A stretch of 64,000 nucleotides of DNA from Chloropicon primus. Lineage: Eukaryota. Below are positions 1-10,444 of this stretch, one piece after another. Within the stretch, counting starts at the first letter, position 1. Every line of letters begins with the position of its first letter. A program made the translations under genes and the position numbers. Location of the stretch: positions 248,001-312,000 of the forward strand of contig CP060757.1 in the NCBI GenBank assembly GCA_023205875.1, given 5' to 3'. The notes beneath the pieces are model-generated. The model was not told the DNA's origin and did no database searches. It saw only the letters and a list, made by a program, of their open reading frames with translations.

Positions 1-461
1 ATCTTCTTGCCTTCCTGGCAGATGCCCTTCGCCTCGTTCTCGAAGCGATTCTTTTTGCTCGAGACCTCAGCCTTGTCCCCATCATCCCCACGCTTGGTCT
101 TGGCCTTCTTGTTCTTCCTCTCTTCGATCTCGTGGCTCCTCTTCCCCGCAATGTCCTTCGCTTCTTGAGGCGCGAGGCTGCAACTTAGCAGGTGATTCCT
201 CATGCGGGTCACGTTGTGGCGGTACTGAGCGTTCTTGCAGTACTTGCACTTGAACTTCCTCTTCGGATTCTTCTCGTCCGAGGGCGAGTCATCCACGGGC
301 TCCCAATGGTCGTACACCCAAGACGCGGAGTCCTTCCTCTCGCCGTACTTTACCGACTTCATGGGCTCCTTGACCTTGATGCACTCGGGGGTGTCGGGCA
401 CCATGCCGACCTGATCCACTGGGTGAGGCTGTCCGGCCTCGTTCAGTCCCTCGGCCGCCAT
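1..461 (-). CDS. BED-type zinc-finger protein, 3' end outside window
   Basis: Manual translation from ATG 461: MAAEGLNEAG...SWVYDHW...KFKCKYCK...NVTRMRNHLLSC, which is the W..CxxC..H..C pattern of zf-BED. The frame stays open to base 1, so it is absent from the ORF track. Confidence 0.75.
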   Translation of the reverse strand, partial: MAAEGLNEAGQPHPVDQVGMVPDTPECIKVKEPMKSVKYGERKDSASWVYDHWEPVDDSPSDEKNPKRKFKCKYCKNAQYRHNVTRMRNHLLSCSLAPQEAKDIAGKRSHEIEERKNKKAKTKRGDDGDKAEVSSKKNRFENEAKGICQEGKK

Positions 462-2589
462 GATGATTGAGCGCTGCCCTGCAAGGTTTCCTCTACAAGG
501 TTTGCGGTACGCGTCGTGGTCGTCGTCGCCGTCCTCGCGCGCGACAACCCCAAAGTGAACAACACAAGAAAAACACTAGCAAGACAAACAAGACGCTTTC
601 GGTCAGCCAACCCAATTCACAAAGGCCTCGACGACTTCGTGCTGCTGTTGGTGCTGTTGTTGTTGGTGGTGGTGGTGGTGATGATGACGATGATGGCCAT
701 GACCCACGCCGCAAAGGGGAAAGGAAAACTTGACACCCGCAAAGCAAGGGAGGAGGGTCCTGCTCCGAATGGAGAGACGGCCGCGGCGGCTCGTCCTCCG
801 TCGGGTGCTCCCCGGGCCGCGCAATCCCCCCGATGGGAGGACCCTCGACCCCAGCGGCGCGATCCGATTGCCAATGATGGGCATCACCGGAGGGTTTGCA
901 CTCCGTGAGAGTTGCACTCGCGGGGGATGGGCCAGTCGATCCCTTTGGAGAGGCCTGAGGAGGAACGCGAGGCCTTCCCTCGAGGCATCGTTCCCGTCCC
1001 ACGACTCCACTGGTCCCTCCCCCCCTTCCCCTCCCTCCCCTTCCCAAACCCCTCCTCCCTCACTCCCAGCCACACCTCTCTCTCTCTCCCTCTCTCTCTC
1101 TCGTTGTTCGGTCGCTCGTGGCCTCGTCGGTCGCCCCTCAAGGCGCATCGTGTTCCTCGTCCCGTGTCTCTTCTCACGTTCCTCGTCCACCTCGTAACAC
1201 ACCTCGTCTCCGACCCCTTTTCCTACCTTCGTGTCCCGTCGTGGCCGCGGTTTGCCCTCTTACCTCTCAGTGTTCCCAAGCGCCAAGGCGATTGCGATCG
1301 CTCCCCTCACTGATCGCTGTCCTCAGCCAGCCACCTCGCGCAGGGGGTGGGAAATCTTGTAGACCACGGGGAGGAAATATTAACCCTAAAGGGGTGGAAC
1401 ATTTTACGAGTGACGTCACATTGGAGGACAACGAAATGACTTTTCCAAAGGTTATGGAAAGGAATTAACATGAAGAATACACATTGAGGGTGGTGTCGTA
1501 TGGGGGAAAGGGAAGATTTCTGCGTTCGGTCGTACGACGAATTTTGGTTCTTTGGCCTTGGCATGTGAGGTCCGTGGTGGTCACGAGGGGGTAGTAAGGG
1601 TTTACTACAAGGGAGGCAGGCCTGCGGCGGCTGGAGGGAAGGGAGCCCAAGAGCAAGAGGAGCACTGGCCCAGCGTCATCACAAACGGGGGGGAAGGAGG
1701 AGAGAGAGAGGGAGGGAGGGAAGGGAGAGTGTTTGCTTGCTTGCTTCTTGGCTTGTTCTTAACTTATCTGATCGGATTGCCTTTTCCAAGGGAGGGAGGG
1801 GGAAGAACTTTGTTTTCCTTAATTGCTTTCGAAGTGGAGTGAGATTGCCGTGACAGCATGGACGACGAGGTGGAGGTGTGGACACAATCGCAATTGCACA
1901 ATTACAATCGCAATTGTTGCAAAACTCAAGTTCAAAATCAGGGTTATACCTCGAGGTGTGACTGTGTCTCGTTCTCTCCTCCTCCTCTTCGATGCATGCT
2001 GCTGCTGATGATGATGCCTGCTGATGATTTATTCAAAACAAGAAAAGATTCCTTTTTTCAAAACGCCATTGGGACACGAGAGGCATAGAGTCTATAATAC
2101 TAACAGAGTCATGATTGGTCCCTCTCCTCTCCTCTCCTCCTCTCCTCTCCTCTCCTTCTCCCGCCCTCCCGCCCTCCCCTTGTTCCTCTTCCTCTTCCTC
2201 TTCGTCTTCTTCCTCGCGAGTCCAGCGTCTAATTAAGGAATTACGTGGAGCAAGCCCCGAACGAGGGCATCAATTAAGACAAAGAGCGACAAGGTCCAAA
2301 GGTCCAACACAGTCAGGGACTCCAGTGTCTTCACTCACGGAGAAGCCACATCCTTTCCTTCGTTACACTTTCCCTTGGGCCGAGGGTCCTCCCCCACGAT
2401 CTACATCCGTAACCGCGCGCAAGGTCTGTGCGAGTTCGACGGCAAAGGTCAACGACCCCCCGAGGTCGTACAAACCCTAACACACACACACAAGCTCCCC
2501 TCAGAGGGAAGAGCGCCCACGGAAGCACACTCCTTGTAACCTTTCCCTTGAGGTAAGGTTCCTCTCATCTTCATCCTTATCAGCAAGGC

Positions 2590-3565
2590 ATGGAGTCGTA
2601 CATACTCCCTGGCGAGGGTGGTGCAGAGCCTGTGAAGAAGACTCCGATGGTGGTGGATGCCAAGGAAGGGTCCTCGACGGCGGCCAAGAAGGCAACGGTG
2701 GCCAAGAAGACCACGGCGGGCAAGAAGGACAAGGCAGGTACAGGAGTGTACAACGCGGAAGGCAGGGTGAAGAAGAAGCCGGGAAGGAAGGCGAGGAAGT
2801 TCACGAGGACGGGGAGGAGGAGGCAGAACAAGGACCCCTGCGCGCCGCAGAGAGCGAGAACGGCTTTCAATTTCTTCATGAGTGACTTTCGAGTAAAGTA
2901 CTTGGTACGTACCAGCAAGCCCTTCCTAGATCACCGTGTCAGAGTTTAACCACCTTTTTTTTTTTGTTCTGTGCTTCTCTTCTTCGCACAACAGGCGGAG
3001 CACCCGGAGACGAAAGGCGTCATTGAGGTCACCAAGGCAGCCGCCTTGGCCTGGAAGGTCTTGAAGACGGAAGACAGGAAGGATTTCGACGACAAGGCCG
3101 CAGTGGAGAAGGAAAAGTACGCCAAGGCAAAGGCCGAGTACCTCGCAAACGCTGGCCCGGAGAAGTTCAAGCTCAAGATGAACCATGGAAAGCCGAAGAG
3201 GCCACCAACCTCTTACTTTCACTTCTTGGCCTACATGCGGAAAACACTGAGGGTAAGTTAAGTCCGCTTGCTCGCTCGCTTGCTTGCTTTTTGAGCGCGA
3301 AGAAACCAACCGAACGTGCTCTCTGTCTCTCTGTCTCTTGTCTCTCTGTCCCTCTGCACACACACAGAAACCGGATGGCTCGCCCCTCGAGGTGAAGGAG
3401 ATCAGCAAGAGGGCGGGAGAGAAGTGGAGGATGATGACCAAGGAGGAGAAGGCCCCGTACGAGACGCTCGCGGCAGAGGCCAAGGCGAAGTTCGACATGC
3501 TTCGACAACTGTCACCCGATGAGCTGGCTTTTGTGATGAAGAAGGAGCCCTACTACACTTTGTGA
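2590..3565 (+). CDS. Two-HMG-box protein (exons 2590-2904, 2995-3252, 3368-3565)
   Basis: HMG motifs APQRARTAFNFFMSDFR...AALAWKVL..EDRKDF and KPKRPPTSYFHFL...AGEKWRMMTKEEKAPYE. GT..AG introns keep the frame. TGTAA at 3597-3601. Confidence 0.85.
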
Positions 3566-4086
3566 GTATGTTTCCTTTCCACCCACCATGCAATTTTGTA
3601 AAGAAGCTCGATGCTATGCTACATTAGACCTTAAGCGATTGCTCCTCCTTTCTGCAACCAAAGTGTTCGCCTTTCGTGGCCATGAGGAGGACCCGCGATG
3701 TGATCGACCGACCAAGCGTAGTCCCATCCCCGTGGAAGGGTTGAAGAGAGAGAGACAGAGAGAGGAGGAAAACGAGGACACCCCTCTTGCCAAGAGAAGA
3801 GTACTCTCTCACCATCATCTACCGTATCCCTCCTCCTCGAGGAGATCGATCGATCGCCCTTTCAGCCTCTCCGGGTTGGAGAGGGGAAACGGAAACAGAG
3901 GGAGGATGAGGCGAGAGAGCGAGGGTCATTGCTTCCCTCCATCCTCCATCCTGATCCTCCTGATCCCCTCACCAACCCTCGTACACCATCCCTATCCATC
4001 ATCTTCATCTCCCTCCTCGAGGAGATCGATGATCGAGCCTCACGAGGCGAGGGGAAACAGAGTGGAGGAGAGGGCAGGGCAGAGGG

Positions 4087-5088
4087 ATGATGCTTGACGC
4101 GGCGGGGTCTGGGAAGGAGGGAGAAGAGGTGAAGGACGATAAGGACCTTCCTTCGTCTGAGACGGAAAGGATTCTCGACAGGTTGAGAGAGATATTGAAA
4201 GCAAGCGACCTGGAGAAGACCACCGGGAAGAGTTTGAGAAGGCAACTGGAGTCCGAACTCGGGAAGGATCTCAGCGCTTACAAGCCTCTGATCAAGGAAG
4301 AGATACGCAAGTACCTCGAGGGAGAGAAGGTACGACAGAGCCAAGAGTCTCAGCTGCTGCAGGTGAACCTGACGCAAGAGGATCCTGCGGCGAAGCAGCC
4401 GCAGCAGCAGCAGCAGAAGGGAACTAAGGGAGGCTATGGTTCGTTGCTTTCGCCTCAGCTGTCGGAATTCCTCGGGGGACCCACGGAGATGGCAAGGACG
4501 CAGGTGGTGAAGAAGCTTTGGGAATACATCAAGGGCAACAACTTGCAAAATGCTTCGGACAAGAGGAAGATTGATTTGGATGACAACCTGTCCAAGCTTT
4601 TCAAAGCCCCTCTGACCATGTTCAACATGAACAAGCAGCTGTCGAGGCACTGCAAGACGGATGACAGGGCCAAGACAAAAGAATCGAAGCCGAAGACGCC
4701 GAAGAAGCTGAAGACGGCTGGCAAGAAGTCGGGAGTGAAGAAGACCAAGGCCAAGGCGAAGAAGGCTGGAGGGAAGTCGTCGAAGCAGCCAAAGGCGGAG
4801 GGAGAGAAGAAGAGGGGAGGGGGGGGCTTTGGCAACGTCCACGTGCTGGAGCCGCTGGCCTCCTTCTTGGGGACGACAGAGACCCAAAGGACTGAAATTG
4901 TGAAGAAGGTTTGGGACTACATCAAGGCGAACAACTGCAAGGATCCGAATGACGGGCGGAATATCATACCAGACGAAACGTTGGGCAAGTTTCTCACCGC
5001 TCCCGTGAACATGTTCAGCATGCAGAAGCAGCTCAGTGCGTACTTGCAAAAAATTCCAAAGGCTCCGAAGGTGGAGTCCAAGAGCTGA
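4087..5088 (+). CDS. DEK-C + 2x SWIB/MDM2 domain protein (UAF30/Spp27-like)
   Basis: N-terminal ILKASDLEKTTGKSLRRQLESELGKDLS (DEK-C). Two SWIB repeats: RTQVVKKLWEYIKGNNLQ and RTEIVKKVWDYIKANN. Confidence 0.9.
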   Translation: MMLDAAGSGKEGEEVKDDKDLPSSETERILDRLREILKASDLEKTTGKSLRRQLESELGKDLSAYKPLIKEEIRKYLEGEKVRQSQESQLLQVNLTQEDPAAKQPQQQQQKGTKGGYGSLLSPQLSEFLGGPTEMARTQVVKKLWEYIKGNNLQNASDKRKIDLDDNLSKLFKAPLTMFNMNKQLSRHCKTDDRAKTKESKPKTPKKLKTAGKKSGVKKTKAKAKKAGGKSSKQPKAEGEKKRGGGGFGNVHVLEPLASFLGTTETQRTEIVKKVWDYIKANNCKDPNDGRNIIPDETLGKFLTAPVNMFSMQKQLSAYLQKIPKAPKVESKS

Positions 5089-5233
5089 CCTTTCGCGCGG
5101 ACTGTAGTGAGAGCCCTGGTGGTCCTTCAGAGGGACTGGGGCGAGAAGAGAAAAGCGTTTAGGAAAAAAAAAGTCGGGAATCGTTATGATTAGATATCTT
5201 GTTTGCTGTTTCACCCGTCCCTCGCCCTTTGGC

Positions 5234-6505
5234 TCAAGCAGCGTCCATCAGATCGAGCAGATCATCGTCCCCCTCGTCCTCCCCGGGCCCCGCAGAACCT
5301 CCGCCCAGATCCAAGTCCTCCACCACCTTCTCGAGGTTCCTTCTGGGGGACACGAGCTTGGTCTCCAGCACTATGTCTTGCACGAGCTTGACAGCAGCCA
5401 TGGGATCAGCTGTTTTGCCGTCCTCCCCGTCACTCTGCTCGTCCACGTCGATGCTGTCAGCAAAAATGCTCAATTTGCTGGGCGCCACGATGTCGGCCTT
5501 GCTCCTCGTGGCTCCGATCATGGCCGCGAGAGAGTTAAGTTCCTTCCCCCCATCCAAGTTGGAGGAAGAAGTCGGGGTCGATAACCCTTGGTCCTTTGGC
5601 ACGCTCAGCGCTGGCCGTGGCAGCTTGTCGCCCAGCAACGCCCTTGGGGTAGCAGCCCCAAACGGATCAGCTGCCTTCGTCATCGGCGAAGTGCCCGGAC
5701 TTGGAGTGGGGGCCGGGGCTATCCCCCTCGGCGACGTCATAGGTGATGGCGTCGGTGGATTGTAGTGGTCCTTGTCGTATATGTTACAAATCAGCTCATC
5801 CCGTGCCACGATCATTCTCTTCTTGTAAGCCGGCAGGTTGAGCTGAGCCGTCGACGTTCTCTTCTGCCCTTCCTTGAGCACCTGAAACCTCTTCACAACC
5901 GTGCCGCCGACCTCGTCGATGCCCTTCTGCTTGTTGAAGCTCGCGAGGCTCCCGTTTGGGGACTGAAACTTTGTGTTCATCAGCAGAGTTATCTTGACCC
6001 TCTTTCCCTTGAAGAACTCCAGCAGGTTTTGCCTCAAGGCAAGCCAGTCAGAGGCAGAGAGAGATTCTGCAACAGCAGTGAACTTGCCCATCGAGGTATT
6101 AAAGTCTTTCAGCTTGATCAGGTTGGGCACGAGGTCCTGGATCGTCTCGATGTGCTTCTTCGTCAAGGCCCAGAGCATAGACGGCTTGGAGCACGTCAAA
6201 AGCTGGTGCTTGAACACCATCTGAGTAAGGTCGTACAACTTGTTCATGCTGGTGACGTTCAGCTTTATCAGGGAAGAGTGCACGATCTTCTCGAGCACAG
6301 ATCGTGTTGATTCCGAGGTGTACAAGTCCTGGGGCGTGATGACCTGATCCCAAAGGCTCTCGCTGAACAGGACCGCACAGATGTCTCCCAGTATCCTCTG
6401 TGCTTTGGTGATAGGAATATTTTGGTCCCTCAACCTCTGGTCTATCACGTAGATGGTCTGGGCACCAAGATTCGTCAAAAGAAAGGGCACACCGTAGAGC
6501 GACAT
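5234..6505 (-). CDS. OSCP1: OSCP1/NOR1 family protein
   Basis: From ATG 6505: MSLYGVPFLLTNLGAQTIYVIDQRLRDQNIP..HSSLIKLNVTSMNKLYDLTQMVFKHQ, and C-terminal DDLLDLMD. Both match the OSCP1 signature. Confidence 0.9.
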   Translation of the reverse strand: MSLYGVPFLLTNLGAQTIYVIDQRLRDQNIPITKAQRILGDICAVLFSESLWDQVITPQDLYTSESTRSVLEKIVHSSLIKLNVTSMNKLYDLTQMVFKHQLLTCSKPSMLWALTKKHIETIQDLVPNLIKLKDFNTSMGKFTAVAESLSASDWLALRQNLLEFFKGKRVKITLLMNTKFQSPNGSLASFNKQKGIDEVGGTVVKRFQVLKEGQKRTSTAQLNLPAYKKRMIVARDELICNIYDKDHYNPPTPSPMTSPRGIAPAPTPSPGTSPMTKAADPFGAATPRALLGDKLPRPALSVPKDQGLSTPTSSSNLDGGKELNSLAAMIGATRSKADIVAPSKLSIFADSIDVDEQSDGEDGKTADPMAAVKLVQDIVLETKLVSPRRNLEKVVEDLDLGGGSAGPGEDEGDDDLLDLMDAA

Positions 6506-6698
6506 GGTTGAGTCTCCTCCCCTTCCCCACCTCTTTCGACAAGGGATGGACTCCTGGCACTGGACCCACTGCAAGACCCTGCCTTGGGCTCCAACCCTTT
6601 CACTCAGTGAATGTCAATGCGAATGCGATGTGATTGAGATTGCGCAATCTTTTGGAAGTTTGAAGTTTGTGGAAGAGGGATGACATCGGTTACACAAG

Positions 6699-8663
6699 TT
6701 AAGGAAGGACTTTGTTTGTCAAGGTCATTCCTGTCGAGAGGAGAGCTGCAAGGATCTCAAGGACTCTTCGCATCCCGCAGATCCTCTCATGGTAGCCATC
6801 AAAGTGAAGAAAACCGGGTGCTTGTTGATTCGCCGGGCCGACGACGTGACGATCGGGCGATGACAAATGCAGCAACTCTTCGAACGATTGGATGAAGCTG
6901 GCTATCACGAGAGGTTCCAAAATGCGCGCACGCTCACTCCTTGCCCTTCGCCTCCCCCTGAGCTCGCTGATTATCGTTCTCTCGAGCGCCCCTGCTCCCG
7001 GAAGGAAGCCGTGGACAAGACAGTGCATGGCCTTGCTCACTAACTTTTTCACTTCCGACGCGACAGCTTCGCACGTGTCGCTCAGCATGGAGGTCACGAA
7101 GAGGGTCAGCGTCGAATCGTCCCCAAAGGATTCGGTCCCCGGGACCTCGGTCCTTAGGGCAAGAAAGAACTCGTCGTTGGCCATGAGACGGTGTTGTCCC
7201 TTCTCGGAGGCGCCCGCATAGGAAGTGGAGCAGTGGGGCGAAATAGCCCCGTGGCACTTCATGAGACCTGCTTCCACGTGGCTCACATTCTCTCCCCGCA
7301 CCGCGAACAAGTCTGCGGCCACAAAGGTCTTCGTGTGCTTGCCCAGTCGATAGATTGTCTGCGAACCCAGCCCGGAAATGACAAGAAGTCCTTGCGAGCT
7401 GAGCTCTGTCTGAATACGGGAGTCTACCGATCCTTCGATGAGCAGAAGAGACACATTCCACTTTGCTTTCAGACATCGCTTGCAGTAGTCTTTGAATGCC
7501 GCGAACGCTTCCTCCTTCTGCCTAAGGAGGTCCTTCGCAGTCCAGTTCGAGTCCCCGCCAAGCGGCTCGACCTCCTCATTCTCGCGGTTGTTGCGGAGGA
7601 CTGCCATTTCTAACGCCACGGGCAGCAGGCTCCCGGCCATCACAACAGCCGCCACCTTCTGATACTTTTGGCTCCCCCTTGGATCACAAACAAGGTCGTG
7701 GACAGGCAGGCAGGTGCTGACCGATGCCATCTCTGACCATTTCGAGACGTGAAGAAGGAAGCCTGGCATGGCAAAGCTGCATCCTTCCTCGGGGCCCGTG
7801 ACTTGGACGACTTCCAAGTGTTGATTCGCCCATTCTCCCTTCAGTCTCAGGCCCGCAGACGCAGTGAGGTGGTCCATACCCACCCTGCCCATGCTCGGGC
7901 CGCCGAGCAGCAGCACGAGCAGACACTCCTGAGAGAGTCTTTCGACCACACCCGGTCCGCTCCCCTCGTCCTCGTGGCCCTCGTACAGGGACTTGCAAAT
8001 CTTGGTGAGGACCTCGCCCAAGCGCTCCAAGTCGCCCCCCTCTGCCTCCCTGCTGGGGCCACCACCGGATGCCTCGTCGTCGAAAAACCACGAGACCTCC
8101 TCGTCGTCAACGAAGACTCCCTCCTCCCTAGTTTTGGCCCCAGCCCAAATGGTCTGAAACCTCTCGACGTCGCCCGCACCCCTCCTGCAACCTTGTGCAG
8201 CTGCGATACATGCTTCACCCATCGCGAGCACCGCAGTTTTGATCTCGTGCATCGAGAATTGCTGAAGCACCTCCTCTCGCAGCACGTTCCTTTGGAGCTT
8301 GGCGTGCAGGGACAGGGCCAGCGCCACCGCCCAAGTGACCCCGCAGTTGCACCTTGCCGAAGAGGAGGAGGAGGAGGGCAGAAGATACATACACACACGC
8401 AATGGAGTGAGCGAGTGAGTGAGGACGTGAACGATGGACTTTACTTACGATTCCCTGGCTAGCTCCTTCGTTATGCAGCCGAGAACTGTCGAAGCAAGGC
8501 CCTCGGGAGTGGAGGACTGGAGGACCTTGCTCGCGTCTTTTGTCCACTCAAAGGTCTCCGTTCCGTTTCTATTCTCTCCCACGAATTTGCTCCCGCGGTA
8601 TCTCGGCGGCCCCAGGAGCGAGGACAAGCTCGACACCAGGGCCGACGCCCCAACTTCCTCCAT
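6699..8663 (-). CDS. BBS12: Chaperonin-like BBS12-related protein (exons 8663-8449, 8352-6699)
   Basis: LLGPPRYRGSKFV (cf. BBS12 FLGPLKSSKFI), a degenerate GDGTT site (NCGVTW) across a phase-2 GTAAGT..AAG intron, apical-like LLLIEGSVDSRI..LLVISG, and FLPGAGALE. Confidence 0.6.
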
Positions 8664-9442
8664 CCGAACAGTGTACCAGACCCGACCCGACCACCGCACG
8701 TCCTCTCCTCGTTTTGACGCGCACTAGCACTCGGGCAAAGAGCGGTTTAGGTCGTCTCCCGTCGTCCAAAGATCACCAGACGATCCTTCAGATGATTCCC
8801 CCGGCCTCCCTCACCCCCTGAGTGCCATGCTCCACCACTACCCCCACCCCTGTGGGATGAACCCAAGGTTCTCTTCAAGATCATTCAAATCCCTTCCGTT
8901 TCCTCAATCCTGCGCCGTTTGGCTCAAGTGAGCGCTCTATCGAGAGATCGCGACACGATCTTTCAGATTATTGGCGTGCATTGACCCTGGTCACCCCCCT
9001 CTTCCCCGTCACCGCGCCATCATACTCCCCCTCGAGCACGCTCCTTCCTACCCTTGGGATCAGTGCCCACAACTGATGAGTCATGGCAACATTTCTGAAA
9101 TTAAATTCTAATTCCATTATGCACGTTCTCTACTCTGAGATGACTTCATATTTAAAATATTCCCAATATTTCCATCACAATTGGTGGATCAAATCGATGG
9201 ATAGAAAATCTGATCCACTAGCGATTGGCCTGGAGGACAGGCCGAGGAACGAGGGGAAGCAGAGCGCGGTCGTGTCGATTACGAAGCCTTTTGGGGTATT
9301 GTCGCCTTCCTCTCGTTTTCCTCTTTCGATAGAGCCGTCGCTGGAAAGAAACGGCGCCGTGGTGAGGATTTGAGGGCGAGGAAGAGGTTTGGCATCGAGG
9401 CAGAGGGAGGGGGAGAGGGCGAGGAGGGAGGGAGGGGTCGGG

Positions 9443-10366
9443 ATGGCGCGTGGCGCGGTGGTAAGGGCCTCGAAATCGCGGTGGGACTCGTGTTGTCGGG
9501 GGTGGGGCGCGCGGAGGACGAGAGGACTCGACGGTGAGGAGGGGGTGCGACTGCGACGACGTGGTGGCGGAGATGTGACGTCGTGGTGGCTTGAGCGAGG
9601 GGGGGGAGGGGGTCGGCCCTGCGCCCGGATGAGGTCGAGGTCGAGTCGTCAGAGCGGGACGATGGTGGTGGAGCCCTCCGAGGAGAATCCGCTGTCCCAA
9701 GGTCGGGGGCGGAGCGAGGGGGCCACGTATTTCAGCCAGGACCACGAGTTCAAGGTAGACTTCGACCACGCCTTCCAGGGGGGCGTTGCCGGGAGGACGA
9801 TGCTCGGCGAGTGGGTCACGAACCCCGGGCTTCTTCTGGTCGCGAGTTATGGCGAGGACAACGTGCGCAGGGCAGAGGGGGATGAGAGCCAGCAGGAAGA
9901 GGACGAAGGGACGAGCGTCTGGCACGTCACCCTCCCGAAAGTCAAAATATTCTCGTGGCAAGTCCAGCCCTCGTTCGATATCAGCGCGACTGTGATGCCC
10001 AACGGCATCGTGTTCACCTCCAAGTCCATCGTGCTCGACGGGACGAACATCCCAGATTCCCTGAAGAGCACGCAGATCGAGTTCAGCCTCTTCAGCCAGC
10101 TGTACCTGGAGGACGAGGACGCCGAGGGCGAGTCCAGCGAAAGGGTGCAAGGAAGGTCGAGCATGATTGCCCAGAACGCTCTGACCCTGGGGGTCTACCT
10201 GCCGAAGCGGCTCTCGAGACTGCCGGGAGTGAAGCGGACGGGCAACATCATCGTGAGGACGATTCTGAATTCCGTGGACAGGTCCGCAAAGAACAAGCTT
10301 GTGATGAGCTTCCAAAACTACAGGAAGAGCCGCGAAATGGGTCGAAGTGACGAAACGGTTGCCTGA
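9443..10366 (+). CDS. DUF1997-family protein, probably plastid-targeted (start uncertain)
   Basis: Arg/Ser-rich N-terminus. C-terminal LGVYLPKRLSRLPGVKRTGNIIVRTILNSV matches the DUF1997 pattern. Confidence 0.65.
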   Translation: MARGAVVRASKSRWDSCCRGWGARRTRGLDGEEGVRLRRRGGGDVTSWWLERGGGGGRPCARMRSRSSRQSGTMVVEPSEENPLSQGRGRSEGATYFSQDHEFKVDFDHAFQGGVAGRTMLGEWVTNPGLLLVASYGEDNVRRAEGDESQQEEDEGTSVWHVTLPKVKIFSWQVQPSFDISATVMPNGIVFTSKSIVLDGTNIPDSLKSTQIEFSLFSQLYLEDEDAEGESSERVQGRSSMIAQNALTLGVYLPKRLSRLPGVKRTGNIIVRTILNSVDRSAKNKLVMSFQNYRKSREMGRSDETVA

Positions 10367-10444
10367 TTGGAGAGCCTTGCCTTGCGGTTTTGCCTCCGCG
10401 TGTGTATATTACAGGTTATTATGTTGATATATGAGCCCAAATTT

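Noticed and set aside
493..1313. Cluster of overlapping ORFs
   Set aside because: Low-complexity, microsatellite-driven translations in a divergent intergenic region. No domain or coherent splice model.
1382..1390. AACCCTAAA (also AAACCCTAA at 2472) as telomerase RNA template or telomeric repeat
   Set aside because: Single 9-mers are expected by chance or are telo-boxes. A T4 run follows closely and there is no other support.
9073..9115. CTGATGA...GAAA hammerhead-like core, or C/D box pair
   Set aside because: Stems I and II cannot form, and the TGATGA-CTGA spacing is too short for a snoRNA.
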